Shown here: in pieces, positions 40,439 to 51,627 of the stretch
Layout: each line of letters starts with the position of its first letter
Position numbering within the stretch: the first letter of the stretch is position 1
Assembly: GCA_964385615.1 (NCBI GenBank)
Contig: CAYLPP010000013.1
Span: 8,130 to 72,129, forward strand
From: an uncultured bacterium
GTDB lineage: Bacteria; Omnitrophota; Omnitrophia; Omnitrophales; Aquincolibacteriaceae
Direction of reading: 5' to 3'
Length of the DNA: 64,000 nt
The notes under the pieces: model-generated
The model's input: only the letters and a program-made list of their open reading frames with translations
Database searches by the model: none
Told to the model about the DNA's origin: nothing
Made by a program: the position numbers and the translations under genes

Positions 40439-41161
40439 CTAGTCGTATTTCTCGAAGTGGATTTGTTCTTTGGTGAAGCCGATTTCAAGCGCGGTTTTGT
40501 TGACCTCGTTGATCATGTTGGTCAGACCGCAAATGTAGATGGATGTGTCCGCGGGGCTGGTTATGTATTTCTTCAGCATATTCTGCACGTATTCTGTTTC
40601 GCCGTTCCATTGACCCGGCTTGGGGCGTGAAACCGTGAAGACATTGTGAAGATTCGAATGTTTCTTCGCCAGCTCTTCAAATTCTTCCTTGTAAAGAATG
40701 TCTTCCACAAACCGGTTCCCGAAAATGTTCCAGATCTCCACGGGCGCGTTTTCTTTTAAAAGAACATGAATGGTTGAGCGGAAAGGCGCGATACCGGTTC
40801 CCGTTGAAATATAGACAATTTTTTTGGGCAGAGGTTTCGGGGCGGTGAATCGTCCCAAAGGTCCCTGAATTGTAAGTTTGTCGCCTTCTTTCAGGGTCCA
40901 AGCGTAACCCGTGCCGATTCCCCCAGGAACTAATTTAATGCAAAGGTCGAGATAACCCTTCCAGATAGGAGGGGATGCGATAGAATAGGCGCGTTTAAGC
41001 GCTTTGCGCTCGGGGGTTTCAGGAATGAGAATGTTGACGAATTGGCCGGCATCAAAATCAAAAACGGTGCCTGGTTCGAAGACAAGTTTGAAATGGCGTG
41101 TCTGTTGAACGCCCATTTCAGCAATTTTTTCTACAGTAGTAGTAAAGATTCCGGCTTTCAT
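40439..41161 (-). CDS. Ferredoxin-NADP reductase-like FAD/NAD(P)-binding oxidoreductase
   Basis: RAYSIASPP (R-x-Y-S FAD motif), GPLGRF and ISTGTGIAPFRS (NAD(P)-binding motif). Confidence 0.75.
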   Translation of the reverse strand: MKAGIFTTTVEKIAEMGVQQTRHFKLVFEPGTVFDFDAGQFVNILIPETPERKALKRAYSIASPPIWKGYLDLCIKLVPGGIGTGYAWTLKEGDKLTIQGPLGRFTAPKPLPKKIVYISTGTGIAPFRSTIHVLLKENAPVEIWNIFGNRFVEDILYKEEFEELAKKHSNLHNVFTVSRPKPGQWNGETEYVQNMLKKYITSPADTSIYICGLTNMINEVNKTALEIGFTKEQIHFEKYD

Positions 41162-41269
41162 AATCGTTATTTAAAGGAAGTCCTTCAGGGGCAAAGCCCC
41201 GGGTGTGTCTTTCGTAGGAAGATTATAGACATACGAAAGGTCATGTAAAGAGATGATTTATGAGGCGGT

Positions 41270-43117
41270 ATGACGGAAAAAGGTAAAGAGCTGACCAAGA
41301 AACTTTTGAAGTATCATAAAAAAGACCGCCCGTTCCGGATATCACTCCGCTACAAGCTGGCCTTCCCGGTGCTTGTGCTTGTTGCCTTACTGCTTCTTCT
41401 GTTGTTCCGCACAACTTTCCGAACCGTTCGCCTTCTGGTTCAAGAACACACCGAAAGCCGGCTTTTGTCGGTAGCGGAAGTGTTTGCTGAAACCGTGAAG
41501 GTTCCCTTGATCCTTAAAAACCAGCAAGTGCTTCTGGCTAACATTGAGTGGATGTCCAAACGTCCTGACGTGGCTGAAGTCCGGATTGAGGATTCCGAGG
41601 GCGTCATTGTTTCTCAGGCTAATAATGATCAAATGGCCAGTTATGTGACCCTGCCTCCCGGAATGGGAGACCGGAATTTTCTGGGCGTGAAAAGTGTCGG
41701 CCAGGATCTTTATCTGGGCTCCGTGCCTATCCGGGCTCACGACCGTATTTTGGGCCGGGTTTTAATTACGTTCAGTCAGCACGGTTTTGAAAATGAACTG
41801 CGTGAAATTTTTGAACAGCGTCTGATGGTGGCGTTCATCATGGCGTTTTTTCTGGCCCTTTTGATCGCGGGGGTGACTTGGCTGGCTATCCGCCCGCTTT
41901 TTACTCTGAAAAGAACAGCTCTGCAGATTTTAGCGGGAGATTTATCCGCGCGCGCGCTGGTCGATTCTTTTGACGAAATTCAGGATGTCGGAGAGGCTTT
42001 CAATGAAATGGTGTCGCGTCTGGCAACCAGCTTAGATCACTTGCGGTCGCGCACCGAAGCTTTGGAAGAGTCTGAGGAAAAGTACCGCCTGATCGTTGAA
42101 AACGCGAGTGATATTATTTTTATCATGAGCCCTGAAGGCGAAATCGCTCTTTTAAATAAAGATATTTCCGGATGCACGCAGGAAGAAATTATGATTGAAG
42201 GTCTGAAGCTGTTTCTGACCCTTAATGAAGAAGAATCCCGGGTAAAGTTTGAAGATGCACTTGAGCGGGTTTCCCAGACCAAAACCCCTGAGACTAATCT
42301 TCCCGCCACGCATTTGCACAAAACGACGCAGGCTGAGATCAGTTATCTGATCAATTTAACCCCCATGCTTGACCATGACGGTAACGTAAAATTCATTCAA
42401 TGCGTCATGCGTGACGTGACGGAACTTCGCCGTATCGAGATGATGAAAGATTCGCTGATCCGCGACGTGGCCCATGAACTAAAAACCCCTACGGCTAAAT
42501 TTGAAATGGCGGTGGGGTGGTTTGAAAAGGAATTGCAGAAAACCGGTGAGACCGAAAAGTATGTCCAGGTTCTAAGCATCTTAAAATCGAACACCGACCG
42601 CCTGATGCGCACGATTACCAGCATTATGGATTTAACCAAGATTGAATCCGGTATGCAGGAAGTAGTCCGGGCTCCGCTTAATTTAAATGATGTGCTCCAG
42701 CAGGTTTTTCAGGATCTCGAGCCTATTTGCAAAAACAAAGGCATCAAGTTGGAAAGCTCGCTTTCCAAGGAAAAACTTCCCATGCACGGCGACCGGGATA
42801 TGCTCTACCGTGTTTTTGTGAATCTGATTTCAAACTCAGCTAAATTCACGGAGCAGGGAAAAATCACTGTGACCAGCCGGAGAAATGGTGATAAAATTCT
42901 TGCGTCGGTAACGGATACCGGTATCGGAATTGAAAGAGAGTTTTTGGAGAAGATTTTTGACCGGTTTGTCCAGAAGACCGCTTCCAGCACCGGGATCGGA
43001 GTCGGCTTGACGATTTCACGTGATATTGTCGGTTTACATCACGGGAAAATCTGGGCTGAAAGCGAAGGGCTCGGCAAAGGCGCGGCTTTCAAAGTCGAGT
43101 TTCCGGTAAACTTGTAA
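41270..43117 (+). CDS. Sensor histidine kinase (TM, HAMP, PAS, HisKA, HATPase_c)
   Basis: H-box RDVAHELKTPTA, N-box FVNLISNSAKFT and G-boxes DTGIGIE...GIGVGLTISRDIV. Confidence 0.85.
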   Translation: MTEKGKELTKKLLKYHKKDRPFRISLRYKLAFPVLVLVALLLLLLFRTTFRTVRLLVQEHTESRLLSVAEVFAETVKVPLILKNQQVLLANIEWMSKRPDVAEVRIEDSEGVIVSQANNDQMASYVTLPPGMGDRNFLGVKSVGQDLYLGSVPIRAHDRILGRVLITFSQHGFENELREIFEQRLMVAFIMAFFLALLIAGVTWLAIRPLFTLKRTALQILAGDLSARALVDSFDEIQDVGEAFNEMVSRLATSLDHLRSRTEALEESEEKYRLIVENASDIIFIMSPEGEIALLNKDISGCTQEEIMIEGLKLFLTLNEEESRVKFEDALERVSQTKTPETNLPATHLHKTTQAEISYLINLTPMLDHDGNVKFIQCVMRDVTELRRIEMMKDSLIRDVAHELKTPTAKFEMAVGWFEKELQKTGETEKYVQVLSILKSNTDRLMRTITSIMDLTKIESGMQEVVRAPLNLNDVLQQVFQDLEPICKNKGIKLESSLSKEKLPMHGDRDMLYRVFVNLISNSAKFTEQGKITVTSRRNGDKILASVTDTGIGIEREFLEKIFDRFVQKTASSTGIGVGLTISRDIVGLHHGKIWAESEGLGKGAAFKVEFPVNL

Positions 43118-43131
43118 GTCAGGAGGGAAAA

Positions 43132-43449
43132 GTGGCTAGTAAGATTTTAATTGTGGATGACGATGAAGATCTGCACACGCTTTACAGTCTTTATTTAAAA
43201 GGGGAATCTTTCGAAATCGTCAAAGCGTTTAACGGCAAGCAGGGTTTGGAAGCCGTTGAAAAGGAAAAACCTGATTTAATCGTGCTGGATATGATTATGC
43301 CGGTTATGGACGGCGAAGAGTTCTTCACCAAATTGCGCGTTGAAAAAGGGATCAAGGATGTCCCCGTGATTATTGCCAGCGTGAACGAGAAAATTCCGCA
43401 GAAACTTTTCGACCTGGGCAATATTTACACGCCCCTTAAGCCCCCCTGA
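43132..43449 (+). CDS. Single-domain response regulator (CheY-like receiver), C-terminus apparently truncated after KPP
   Basis: ILIVDDDEDL...PDLIVLDMIMPVMDG...ASVNEK...PLKPP*. The receiver Asp lies in LDMIMP. The ORF ends inside a C6 tract, and a G8 tract follows 60 nt later. Confidence 0.75.
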   Translation: MASKILIVDDDEDLHTLYSLYLKGESFEIVKAFNGKQGLEAVEKEKPDLIVLDMIMPVMDGEEFFTKLRVEKGIKDVPVIIASVNEKIPQKLFDLGNIYTPLKPP

Positions 43450-43656
43450 ACGATTGAGACCTTCACCGCCACGACCCGCGCCGCTTTGGCAAACAAGTAG
43501 CGGCCGGGGGGGGTGCGGGGTTTTAATATTAACTTGCTTTTCCTTCGGGATTTTCTAAGATAAGCGCCGAAGCGGACGGGAACAGATACGGTCTTTACCG
43601 GAGTTTTACCCGTACTTTTCTTGCTTTTTTTGATGTGCCCTTTAACATACTAAGGA

Positions 43657-44346
43657 GTGATAAAAAAAGTGCAGCGACATTTTCATGATGAGTTGAAAAA
43701 AATTCGAGAGAAGGTTTTCAAGATGGGCCTTTTGGTTGAAAAGGCCATTGAAAATGCTTCAACCGCGCTTTTTGAGAGAGACTCCGCCAAAGCTCAGCTT
43801 GTTTTAAAGGGTGACCAGGAAATCAATCTTTACGAGATTGAAATTGATGAGCTTGGTCACGAGCTTATCGCTCTTTACCAGCCGACCGCCACAGACCTCC
43901 GCTTGATTACCATGGGTCTTAAAATCACCAATGATCTTGAGCGCATGGGGGATCAAGCGGTGAATATCGCTGAAAAAGCCCTGGCGATTAATCAGGAACC
44001 GCCTCTTAAGCCTTACCAGGACTTGCCCGTCATGGCTGCTGAAGCCCGCCGTATGGTTCGTGACGCACTGGACGCGTTTATTGAAAGCGATCCTGAAAAA
44101 GCCCGCGCTATTCTGGAGCGGGACGACATCGTGGATCATCTTAACGATAAGATTTATGATGAAATCCAGAATATTCTTGCCGAAAAGCCCGAATACATCC
44201 GCACGGGCGTCGGATTGATTATGGTAGCCCATAACCTTGAAAGAATCGGTGATTTGGCTACAAATATTGCCGAAGATGTGATCTATCTCAAGCGCGGGGT
44301 TGATGTTAGGCATCATATCCGCGAGCGCCGCGACGCCTCGTTTTAG
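43657..44346 (+). CDS. phoU: PhoU-family phosphate signalling regulator (start probably GTG 43669, after AAGGAG)
   Basis: Two PhoU repeats (ITNDLERMGDQAVNIAEKAL and NLERIGDLATNIAEDVIYL). Confidence 0.8.
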   Translation: MIKKVQRHFHDELKKIREKVFKMGLLVEKAIENASTALFERDSAKAQLVLKGDQEINLYEIEIDELGHELIALYQPTATDLRLITMGLKITNDLERMGDQAVNIAEKALAINQEPPLKPYQDLPVMAAEARRMVRDALDAFIESDPEKARAILERDDIVDHLNDKIYDEIQNILAEKPEYIRTGVGLIMVAHNLERIGDLATNIAEDVIYLKRGVDVRHHIRERRDASF

Positions 44347-44522
44347 CCTTATTTCATCTTTCCCTGAACTTACCCCGCTGTATCTGCGCAGGTGCTGGAC
44401 AAAGCAAAAACACCCGTGCTATTATAGGCCTTCCAAAAATTTATACCTTCCGGATCGGGCCTAACTACCCATGAAACCTGTAGATAGGCCGACGATTCTT
44501 CAAACCCGGAAATTGGGAAATC

Positions 44523-45509
44523 ATGGACGATAAAGACCGCCAGCTTCTGGGTTTTTTACGCAAAGGGATTCCGGTTTCCGCGCGCCCTTTTGAAGAAGCG
44601 GGGCGGAAAATCGGTGTCGCGGGAGCGGATGTTCTTCTGAGACTGACCCGTTTAAAAGAGCGGGGAGTGATCGGTTCGGTCACCGCGGTTTTGGAGCGCC
44701 GGAGTCTTGGCTATCAAAGTGTGGCGGTCGCCATGGAGCTTCCGGAAGAAGAAGTTGATTTTGAAATCGCGGCTTTGCGGGTCAACCGGCATCCGGGAGT
44801 TTTCAGGAGCTGCCGAAGACTGCATTCTTTTAATTTCTGGTTCACACTGATGCTTCCCGCGGGTGAATCTTTTGAAGAGCATTTGAATCATTTGAGCGAA
44901 ACCGCGGGCGGTGTTAAAACACTGAGTTTCCCGGTTTCAAAGCGTTTCCGGGCTGGAATACCGGAAAGCGCGGACGCGCAAAGGCCGTTTCAGATTTTTT
45001 CAGCCGAAGAAACGGAAGTCCTCCGGCTTTTACAGGAAGATTTCCCTCTGACGGATGAACCGTTCAGCCGGCTGGCTAAAACCTCCGGAGTGGACGAGGT
45101 TTTTTTTCTGGAAACGGTTAAGAAATTTGAAAAGCAGGGAGTGCTTCGCCGGCTGGCCGTGCTGTTCCCGGCTGAAGAAGAGCTTCCAGCACCGCAGGAT
45201 ATGGCGGTCTGGCAAGTGCCTGAAGAAAAGCAAGACGCCGCGGCCGTTTGCATCAGCAGAGTCCCCGGTGTGACGTATTGCGTGAAACGCAAAGCGCATC
45301 CCGAGTTTCCCTACGGGCTTGCCGCTTTTTTCGCGCCGGGCGCCGATGAAAAAGAAAAAACAGTTTTGGATCTTGAAGGTGAGATCGGAAAGTGGCCTTG
45401 GGTGAATCTGCCTGTTGTGGCAGTGCTTAAAAACCAGAGGCCCAAATATTTCCCCCGAGAGCTTGAAAAATGGGGGCGTAAAAATCAGCTTGCGTCAGCG
45501 AATCTTTAA
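44523..45509 (+). CDS. Fused two-repeat NirD/NirL/AhbA/AhbB-like protein (siroheme decarboxylase family, AsnC-like HTH)
   Basis: Repeat 1 reads RQLLGFLRKGIPVSARPFEEAGRKIGVAGADVLLRLTRLKERGVI. Repeat 2 reads LLQEDFPLTDEPFSRLAKTSGVDEVFFLETVKKFEKQGVLRR. Both carry the G(F/I)P...RPF signature. Confidence 0.55.
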   Translation: MDDKDRQLLGFLRKGIPVSARPFEEAGRKIGVAGADVLLRLTRLKERGVIGSVTAVLERRSLGYQSVAVAMELPEEEVDFEIAALRVNRHPGVFRSCRRLHSFNFWFTLMLPAGESFEEHLNHLSETAGGVKTLSFPVSKRFRAGIPESADAQRPFQIFSAEETEVLRLLQEDFPLTDEPFSRLAKTSGVDEVFFLETVKKFEKQGVLRRLAVLFPAEEELPAPQDMAVWQVPEEKQDAAAVCISRVPGVTYCVKRKAHPEFPYGLAAFFAPGADEKEKTVLDLEGEIGKWPWVNLPVVAVLKNQRPKYFPRELEKWGRKNQLASANL

Positions 45510-46976
<1,467 letters not shown>

Positions 46977-46987
46977 CTCCTTTTCAA

Positions 46988-47917
46988 ATGGCGAAACAAA
47001 TCTACAACAGTATTCAGGAAGAAATCGCGGCGCTGAAAAAAGAACGCAACGCGGTGATTCTGGCCCACAATTATCAGATTGGCGAGATTCAGGATATCGC
47101 GGATTTCACCGGCGATTCACTGCGTTTGGCGCAGGAAGCTAAAAAGACCAACGCGGATGTCATCCTTTTCTGCGGGGTGCATTTTATGGCTGAAACCGCC
47201 AGTATTCTCTGCCCGGACAAAAAAGTCCTGGTGCCTGACGTGGAAGCAGGCTGTTCGCTGGCGGATATGATCCGGCCTGAAGACGTGCGAGCCTGGAAGG
47301 AAAAGAATCCGGATGGCGTGGTGGTCTGCTACATTAACACCGCGGCCGCCGTGAAGGCTGAATGCGATTACTGCTGTACCTCTTCGAATGCCGAAAAAGT
47401 CGTGCGCGCGATTCCCGCGGATAAGAAAATTCTTTTTGTTCCTGATTTCTTCCTGGGAACTTTCGTGAAACAGCAGACAGGCCGTGAAAATATGGACCTG
47501 TGGCGCGGTTACTGCCCCACGCACGCGCTGATTCAATCCGCGGAAATCAATAAAATCAAAGCGGAGCATCCGGGGGCGGAATTTTTAATGCATCCTGAAT
47601 GCGGCTGCCTGACCAAGTCCATGCACCTTGCCGATAAAATCCTGTCGACGGAAGGCATGGTCCGCTACGCGAAAGAATCTTCGGCCAAGGAATTCATCGT
47701 GGCCACTGAAACGGGGATTCTTCACCGGATGCGTAAAGATAATCCTGAGAAAACGTTTATTCCCGCCAGCTCGCACGCGGTTTGCAGTTACATGAAAATG
47801 AATACCATGGAAAAAGTCGTGGAAGCGCTCGAGACCTTAAAGCCGGAAGTCAAAGTTCCGGAAGAATTGGCCAAGCGCGCCCATAAATGCATTGAAAGAA
47901 TGCTGGAGATTGTCTAA
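46988..47917 (+). CDS. nadA: Quinolinate synthase A
   Basis: AVILAHNYQIGEIQDIADFTGDSLRLAQ...ILFCGVHFMAET. Confidence 0.9.
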   Translation: MAKQIYNSIQEEIAALKKERNAVILAHNYQIGEIQDIADFTGDSLRLAQEAKKTNADVILFCGVHFMAETASILCPDKKVLVPDVEAGCSLADMIRPEDVRAWKEKNPDGVVVCYINTAAAVKAECDYCCTSSNAEKVVRAIPADKKILFVPDFFLGTFVKQQTGRENMDLWRGYCPTHALIQSAEINKIKAEHPGAEFLMHPECGCLTKSMHLADKILSTEGMVRYAKESSAKEFIVATETGILHRMRKDNPEKTFIPASSHAVCSYMKMNTMEKVVEALETLKPEVKVPEELAKRAHKCIERMLEIV

Positions 47918-49008
47918 TGCACGACACCAAGCCCCCCGTTAGAAGGCAGAGCCGGCAGGTTAATATCGGCGGTGTGACCGTCGGCGGTGACGCACCTGTG
48001 CGTATTCAGTCCATGTGCACGACGCATACCCGCGACGTGGAAGCCACGGTGGATCAGATTCACCAGCTGACGGAAGCCGGCTGTGAAATTGTGCGTGTGG
48101 CCTGCCCGACCGAAGCGGATGCCCGGTCGCTGGGCAAGATCAAATCCCGTATTAAAATTCCGCTGGTTGCCGACATTCATTTCAACCACCGTTTCGCGCT
48201 GATCGCGCTTGATGAAGGTGTCGATAAGCTTCGCCTGAATCCCGGCAATATCGGAAAAAAAGAACGTACCGTGGAAATCGTTCAAAAAGCCAAGGAACGG
48301 AAAGTTCCCATCCGCATCGGCGTTAACGGCGGTTCGCTGGAAAAAGATTTAATGGAAAAATTCGGCCCCACGCCTGAAGCGCTGGTTGAAAGCGCCAAAC
48401 GCCACGTTCAGATTCTCGAAGAACTGGATTTTCAGGACATTATCATTTCGCTGAAAGCTTCAGACGTGCCGACCATGGTTGCGGCTTACCGTTTGGCAGC
48501 CAAAACCTTCCCTTACGCTTTGCATCTGGGTGTCACTGAAGCCGGCACGCTTCTGCGTGGAAGTATCTATAACTCGATTGGCATTGGGATGCTTCTTTCC
48601 GAAGGTATCGGCGATACACTGCGTGTTTCTCTGACGGCGGAGTCCGTGGAAGAAATTAAAGTCGCGAAAATGATTCTGGAAGCGCTTGGTCTTCGTAAAG
48701 GGGTGCGCGTGATTTCATGCCCCAGCTGCGGTAGGGCGGAAGTGGATGTTTTCAAGCTTGCCAATGAAGTGGAGAGCCGGGCGCAGAATATTAAAGACCC
48801 GATGGTCATTTCCGTGCTGGGCTGTGTGGTTAACGGACCCGGCGAAGCGCATGAGTCCAACTTCGGTATTACCGGAGGCAAAGATAAAGGGATGATTTAT
48901 ATCGACGGCAAACAGCACCGTGTGGTCGATGAGCACGCCCTTGTGGATGAACTTTTCAAAGAAATCGAAACCCGCAAGAATAACCCCCATAATTGTGAAA
49001 ACAAATAA
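47917..49008 (+). CDS. ispG: 4-hydroxy-3-methylbut-2-en-1-yl diphosphate synthase (GcpE)
   Basis: VNIGGVTVGGDAPVRIQSMCTT...LVADIHFNHRFAL...ISCPSCGR. Confidence 0.9.
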   Translation: MHDTKPPVRRQSRQVNIGGVTVGGDAPVRIQSMCTTHTRDVEATVDQIHQLTEAGCEIVRVACPTEADARSLGKIKSRIKIPLVADIHFNHRFALIALDEGVDKLRLNPGNIGKKERTVEIVQKAKERKVPIRIGVNGGSLEKDLMEKFGPTPEALVESAKRHVQILEELDFQDIIISLKASDVPTMVAAYRLAAKTFPYALHLGVTEAGTLLRGSIYNSIGIGMLLSEGIGDTLRVSLTAESVEEIKVAKMILEALGLRKGVRVISCPSCGRAEVDVFKLANEVESRAQNIKDPMVISVLGCVVNGPGEAHESNFGITGGKDKGMIYIDGKQHRVVDEHALVDELFKEIETRKNNPHNCENK

Positions 49009-50093
49009 TGGCTGATTTCGGACCTTTGCAGGATATTTACGAAAAGATTCAGGCGGGTGAGCGTCTTTCATTTGAAGACGGCGTCCGGCTTTATAAATCC
49101 AATGATATGCCCGCGCTGGGCTCTCTCGCGCAGATTGTGCGCCGCCGGATGAACGGCAGCCGCGTTTTCTATTCCGTTAATCTTCATATGAATCACACGA
49201 ATGTCTGCACCCTGCGCTGTTTGTTCTGCGCGTTTTCACGCCGGCCGGGTGAAGAAGGCGGTTACACCTTTTCTCCGGAAGAGATTCAGCAGAAAGTCCA
49301 GGAGGCTCTGGCTAAGTGGCAGATTAACGAAGTCCACATCGTGGGCGGACACAATCCGGATCTGAAAATGGATTATTACATCAGGACTTTTCAGAAAATC
49401 CGCGAGGTTAACCCGACTCTTTATATCAAAGCGCTGACGGCGCCGGAAATTGACGATCTGGCCACCCGTTGCGGGCTTTCTTACCGTGAAGTGCTTGAAC
49501 AGCTGAAAGCCGCGGGTCTCGACGGGATGCCGGGCGGAGGCGCTGAAATTTTTCATCCCAAAACCCGCAAAAAAATTTGTAACGAAAAAATCAGCGCCGA
49601 TACATGGCTTGAGATTCATGAAATCGCGCACAGCCTCGGCCTTCGGACTAATGCCACCATGCTTTACGGCCACGTGGAAACTCACGAAGACCGGGTGGAT
49701 CACGTTCTGCGTCTTCGCGATCTGCAGGATAAAACAAAAGGTTTCTATTCTTTTATTCCGCTCGCTTACAACGCTGAAAATACGCCGATGCAAAAACTGG
49801 GCGAAGCCGGCGGTTACATGGATCTGAAAGTTTACGCGGTTTCACGCCTGCTTTTTGATAATATCCCGCACATCAAAGCGCATTGGATCACGACCGGTTT
49901 GAAAATGGGGCAGGTCGCGCTTTCTTTCGGCGTTGACGATCTGGGCGGAACCAATCTGAATGAGAAAATCGTGCATGATGCCGGTTCTGAAACTCCCATT
50001 GATCTTAGCCGCGCGGATCTCGAAGATTTAATCACGTCCGCGGGTTACGAACCCTGTCTTGTTGACAGTTCCTACCAGTACGTAGGGAAATGA
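49008..50093 (+). CDS. Radical SAM enzyme of the MqnC/MqnE/CofH family (futalosine-pathway menaquinone biosynthesis likely)
   Basis: NHTNVCTLRCLFCAFS (Cx3Cx2C followed by FCAF) and a C-terminal domain typical of this family. Confidence 0.65.
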   Translation: MADFGPLQDIYEKIQAGERLSFEDGVRLYKSNDMPALGSLAQIVRRRMNGSRVFYSVNLHMNHTNVCTLRCLFCAFSRRPGEEGGYTFSPEEIQQKVQEALAKWQINEVHIVGGHNPDLKMDYYIRTFQKIREVNPTLYIKALTAPEIDDLATRCGLSYREVLEQLKAAGLDGMPGGGAEIFHPKTRKKICNEKISADTWLEIHEIAHSLGLRTNATMLYGHVETHEDRVDHVLRLRDLQDKTKGFYSFIPLAYNAENTPMQKLGEAGGYMDLKVYAVSRLLFDNIPHIKAHWITTGLKMGQVALSFGVDDLGGTNLNEKIVHDAGSETPIDLSRADLEDLITSAGYEPCLVDSSYQYVGK

Positions 50094-50572
50094 GTGCGCA
50101 GTCAGCCTGGCATTTAATTCTCTGGATTCATTTTCTTTCAGCATCCCTCTGGACCGGAGGCCTTTTCTTTTCCGCGGTTGTGGCCGCGCCGGCGATTCAG
50201 CGCTCGATGGCTTCCCGCGCTTTAGTCACGCAGATTCTTTCCGGCTTATTTAAACGTCTTCACGCCGTTGAATTCGTGGCCTTTTCACTTTTGCTGATTA
50301 CCACGCTTTCTTCTTACCGGTTTATTCCTGAACAGAGTGAATCGGTCTGGAAAATTCTGGCCTGCGTGATTTTGATGGGCCTGATTTCCCTGACAGCCGG
50401 TCTCGGGGTAACCCGGAGGCTCGAGGCGCTTCAGGAAAGTGTTCCCGGCATGGCTCTGGATATGCCCGGGCGTTCAGAATTTGACCGTCTGCACCGGATT
50501 TACGTCGGGCTCCTCGCTTTAAATCAGGCCCTTGGAATCGTGCTAATTTACCAATCTGTGGTAATCTTTTAG
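50090..50572 (+). CDS. Small integral membrane protein (4 predicted TM; CopD/DUF4149-like), translationally coupled between the radical SAM and E1-like genes
   Basis: Hydrophobic profile, a 4-nt overlap upstream and a 2-nt gap downstream; no confident family assignment. Confidence 0.4.
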   Translation: MSAQSAWHLILWIHFLSASLWTGGLFFSAVVAAPAIQRSMASRALVTQILSGLFKRLHAVEFVAFSLLLITTLSSYRFIPEQSESVWKILACVILMGLISLTAGLGVTRRLEALQESVPGMALDMPGRSEFDRLHRIYVGLLALNQALGIVLIYQSVVIF

Positions 50573-50574
50573 TC

Positions 50575-51606
50575 ATGCAGGAATACGCCCGCTATTCTAG
50601 ACAGCTTGTTCTGAAGGAAATCGGCAGGGAAGGCCAGCGAAAGCTCGAGTCTGCCCGCGTGGCTGTGATTGGGATCGGAGCTCTTGGCTCCGTTTCCGCC
50701 AATCTTTTGGTCCGTGCCGGGGTCGGCACGGTCCGGTTGATCGACCGCGATTTTCTGGAAATTGACAATCTTCAGCGCCAGGTTCTTTATGATGAAAAAG
50801 ATCTCGCGGATAATCTCCCCAAGGCCATTGTCGCGAAAGCCAAGCTTGAAAAAGTCAATTCGGAAGTCCGCGTTGAAGCCGAAGTCGCGGATGTTAATCC
50901 GGCAACGATTCAGCTTTTACTGCGCGGGATGGATCTGGTTATTGACGGAACCGATAATTTTGAAACACGGTTTCTGATTAATGATTTTTGTCTTAAAAAT
51001 AAAATTCCCTGGATCTACGGCGGAGCGGTCCGCACGGAAGGAATGTCTTATGTGGTTCTCCCTGGAGAGGGCCCTTGCCTTCGCTGTCTTTTCGGCCAGG
51101 CGCCGGATATCGGCGCGGCCCAGACCTGTGACCAGGTTGGAATTCTGGCGCCGGTGGCCCATATGATTGCGTCCTTTCAGGCGATTGAAGCCATCAAGCT
51201 TTTAGCGGGTCACCGGGAAGCGGTAGACCGCAAACTCTGGAAAATGGATTTATGGAGCCGTCAGTTCAAGTCGATTTCCGTCGACAAGTTCCGCAAAGAG
51301 CCTTGCGCCGGGTGCAAATCCCAAGAATTTCCTTATTTGCAGAAAAAAAGCGCGACCCACGCGGTTTCGCTCTGCGGGCGTAACGCGGTGCAGATTTTCA
51401 GGCAGGAAGGCTCCGCGGAAATTAATTTCAAAAATCTTGCTTCAAGACTTGCTAATCTTGCCGAAGTACAGTTTAATGAGTACTTACTGCGCTGTAAGGC
51501 GGCGCCGTATGAAATCACTCTTTTTTCAAGCGGCAGGGCCATTATTAAAGGAACGGAAGATGCAGGGCAGGCCAGAAGTCTGTACGCCAAATACATAGGA
51601 ATTTAA
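50575..51606 (+). CDS. ThiF/MoeB/HesA-family E1-like adenylyltransferase with a ~90-aa C-terminal extension
   Basis: VAVIGIGALGSVSANLLVRAGVGTVRLIDRDFLEIDNLQRQ, zinc motifs CLRC...CAGC, and an extra C-terminal domain ...ITLFSSGRAIIKG... Confidence 0.75.
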   Translation: MQEYARYSRQLVLKEIGREGQRKLESARVAVIGIGALGSVSANLLVRAGVGTVRLIDRDFLEIDNLQRQVLYDEKDLADNLPKAIVAKAKLEKVNSEVRVEAEVADVNPATIQLLLRGMDLVIDGTDNFETRFLINDFCLKNKIPWIYGGAVRTEGMSYVVLPGEGPCLRCLFGQAPDIGAAQTCDQVGILAPVAHMIASFQAIEAIKLLAGHREAVDRKLWKMDLWSRQFKSISVDKFRKEPCAGCKSQEFPYLQKKSATHAVSLCGRNAVQIFRQEGSAEINFKNLASRLANLAEVQFNEYLLRCKAAPYEITLFSSGRAIIKGTEDAGQARSLYAKYIGI

Positions 51607-51627
51607 AAGTTAAAGAAGGAATAAAAC

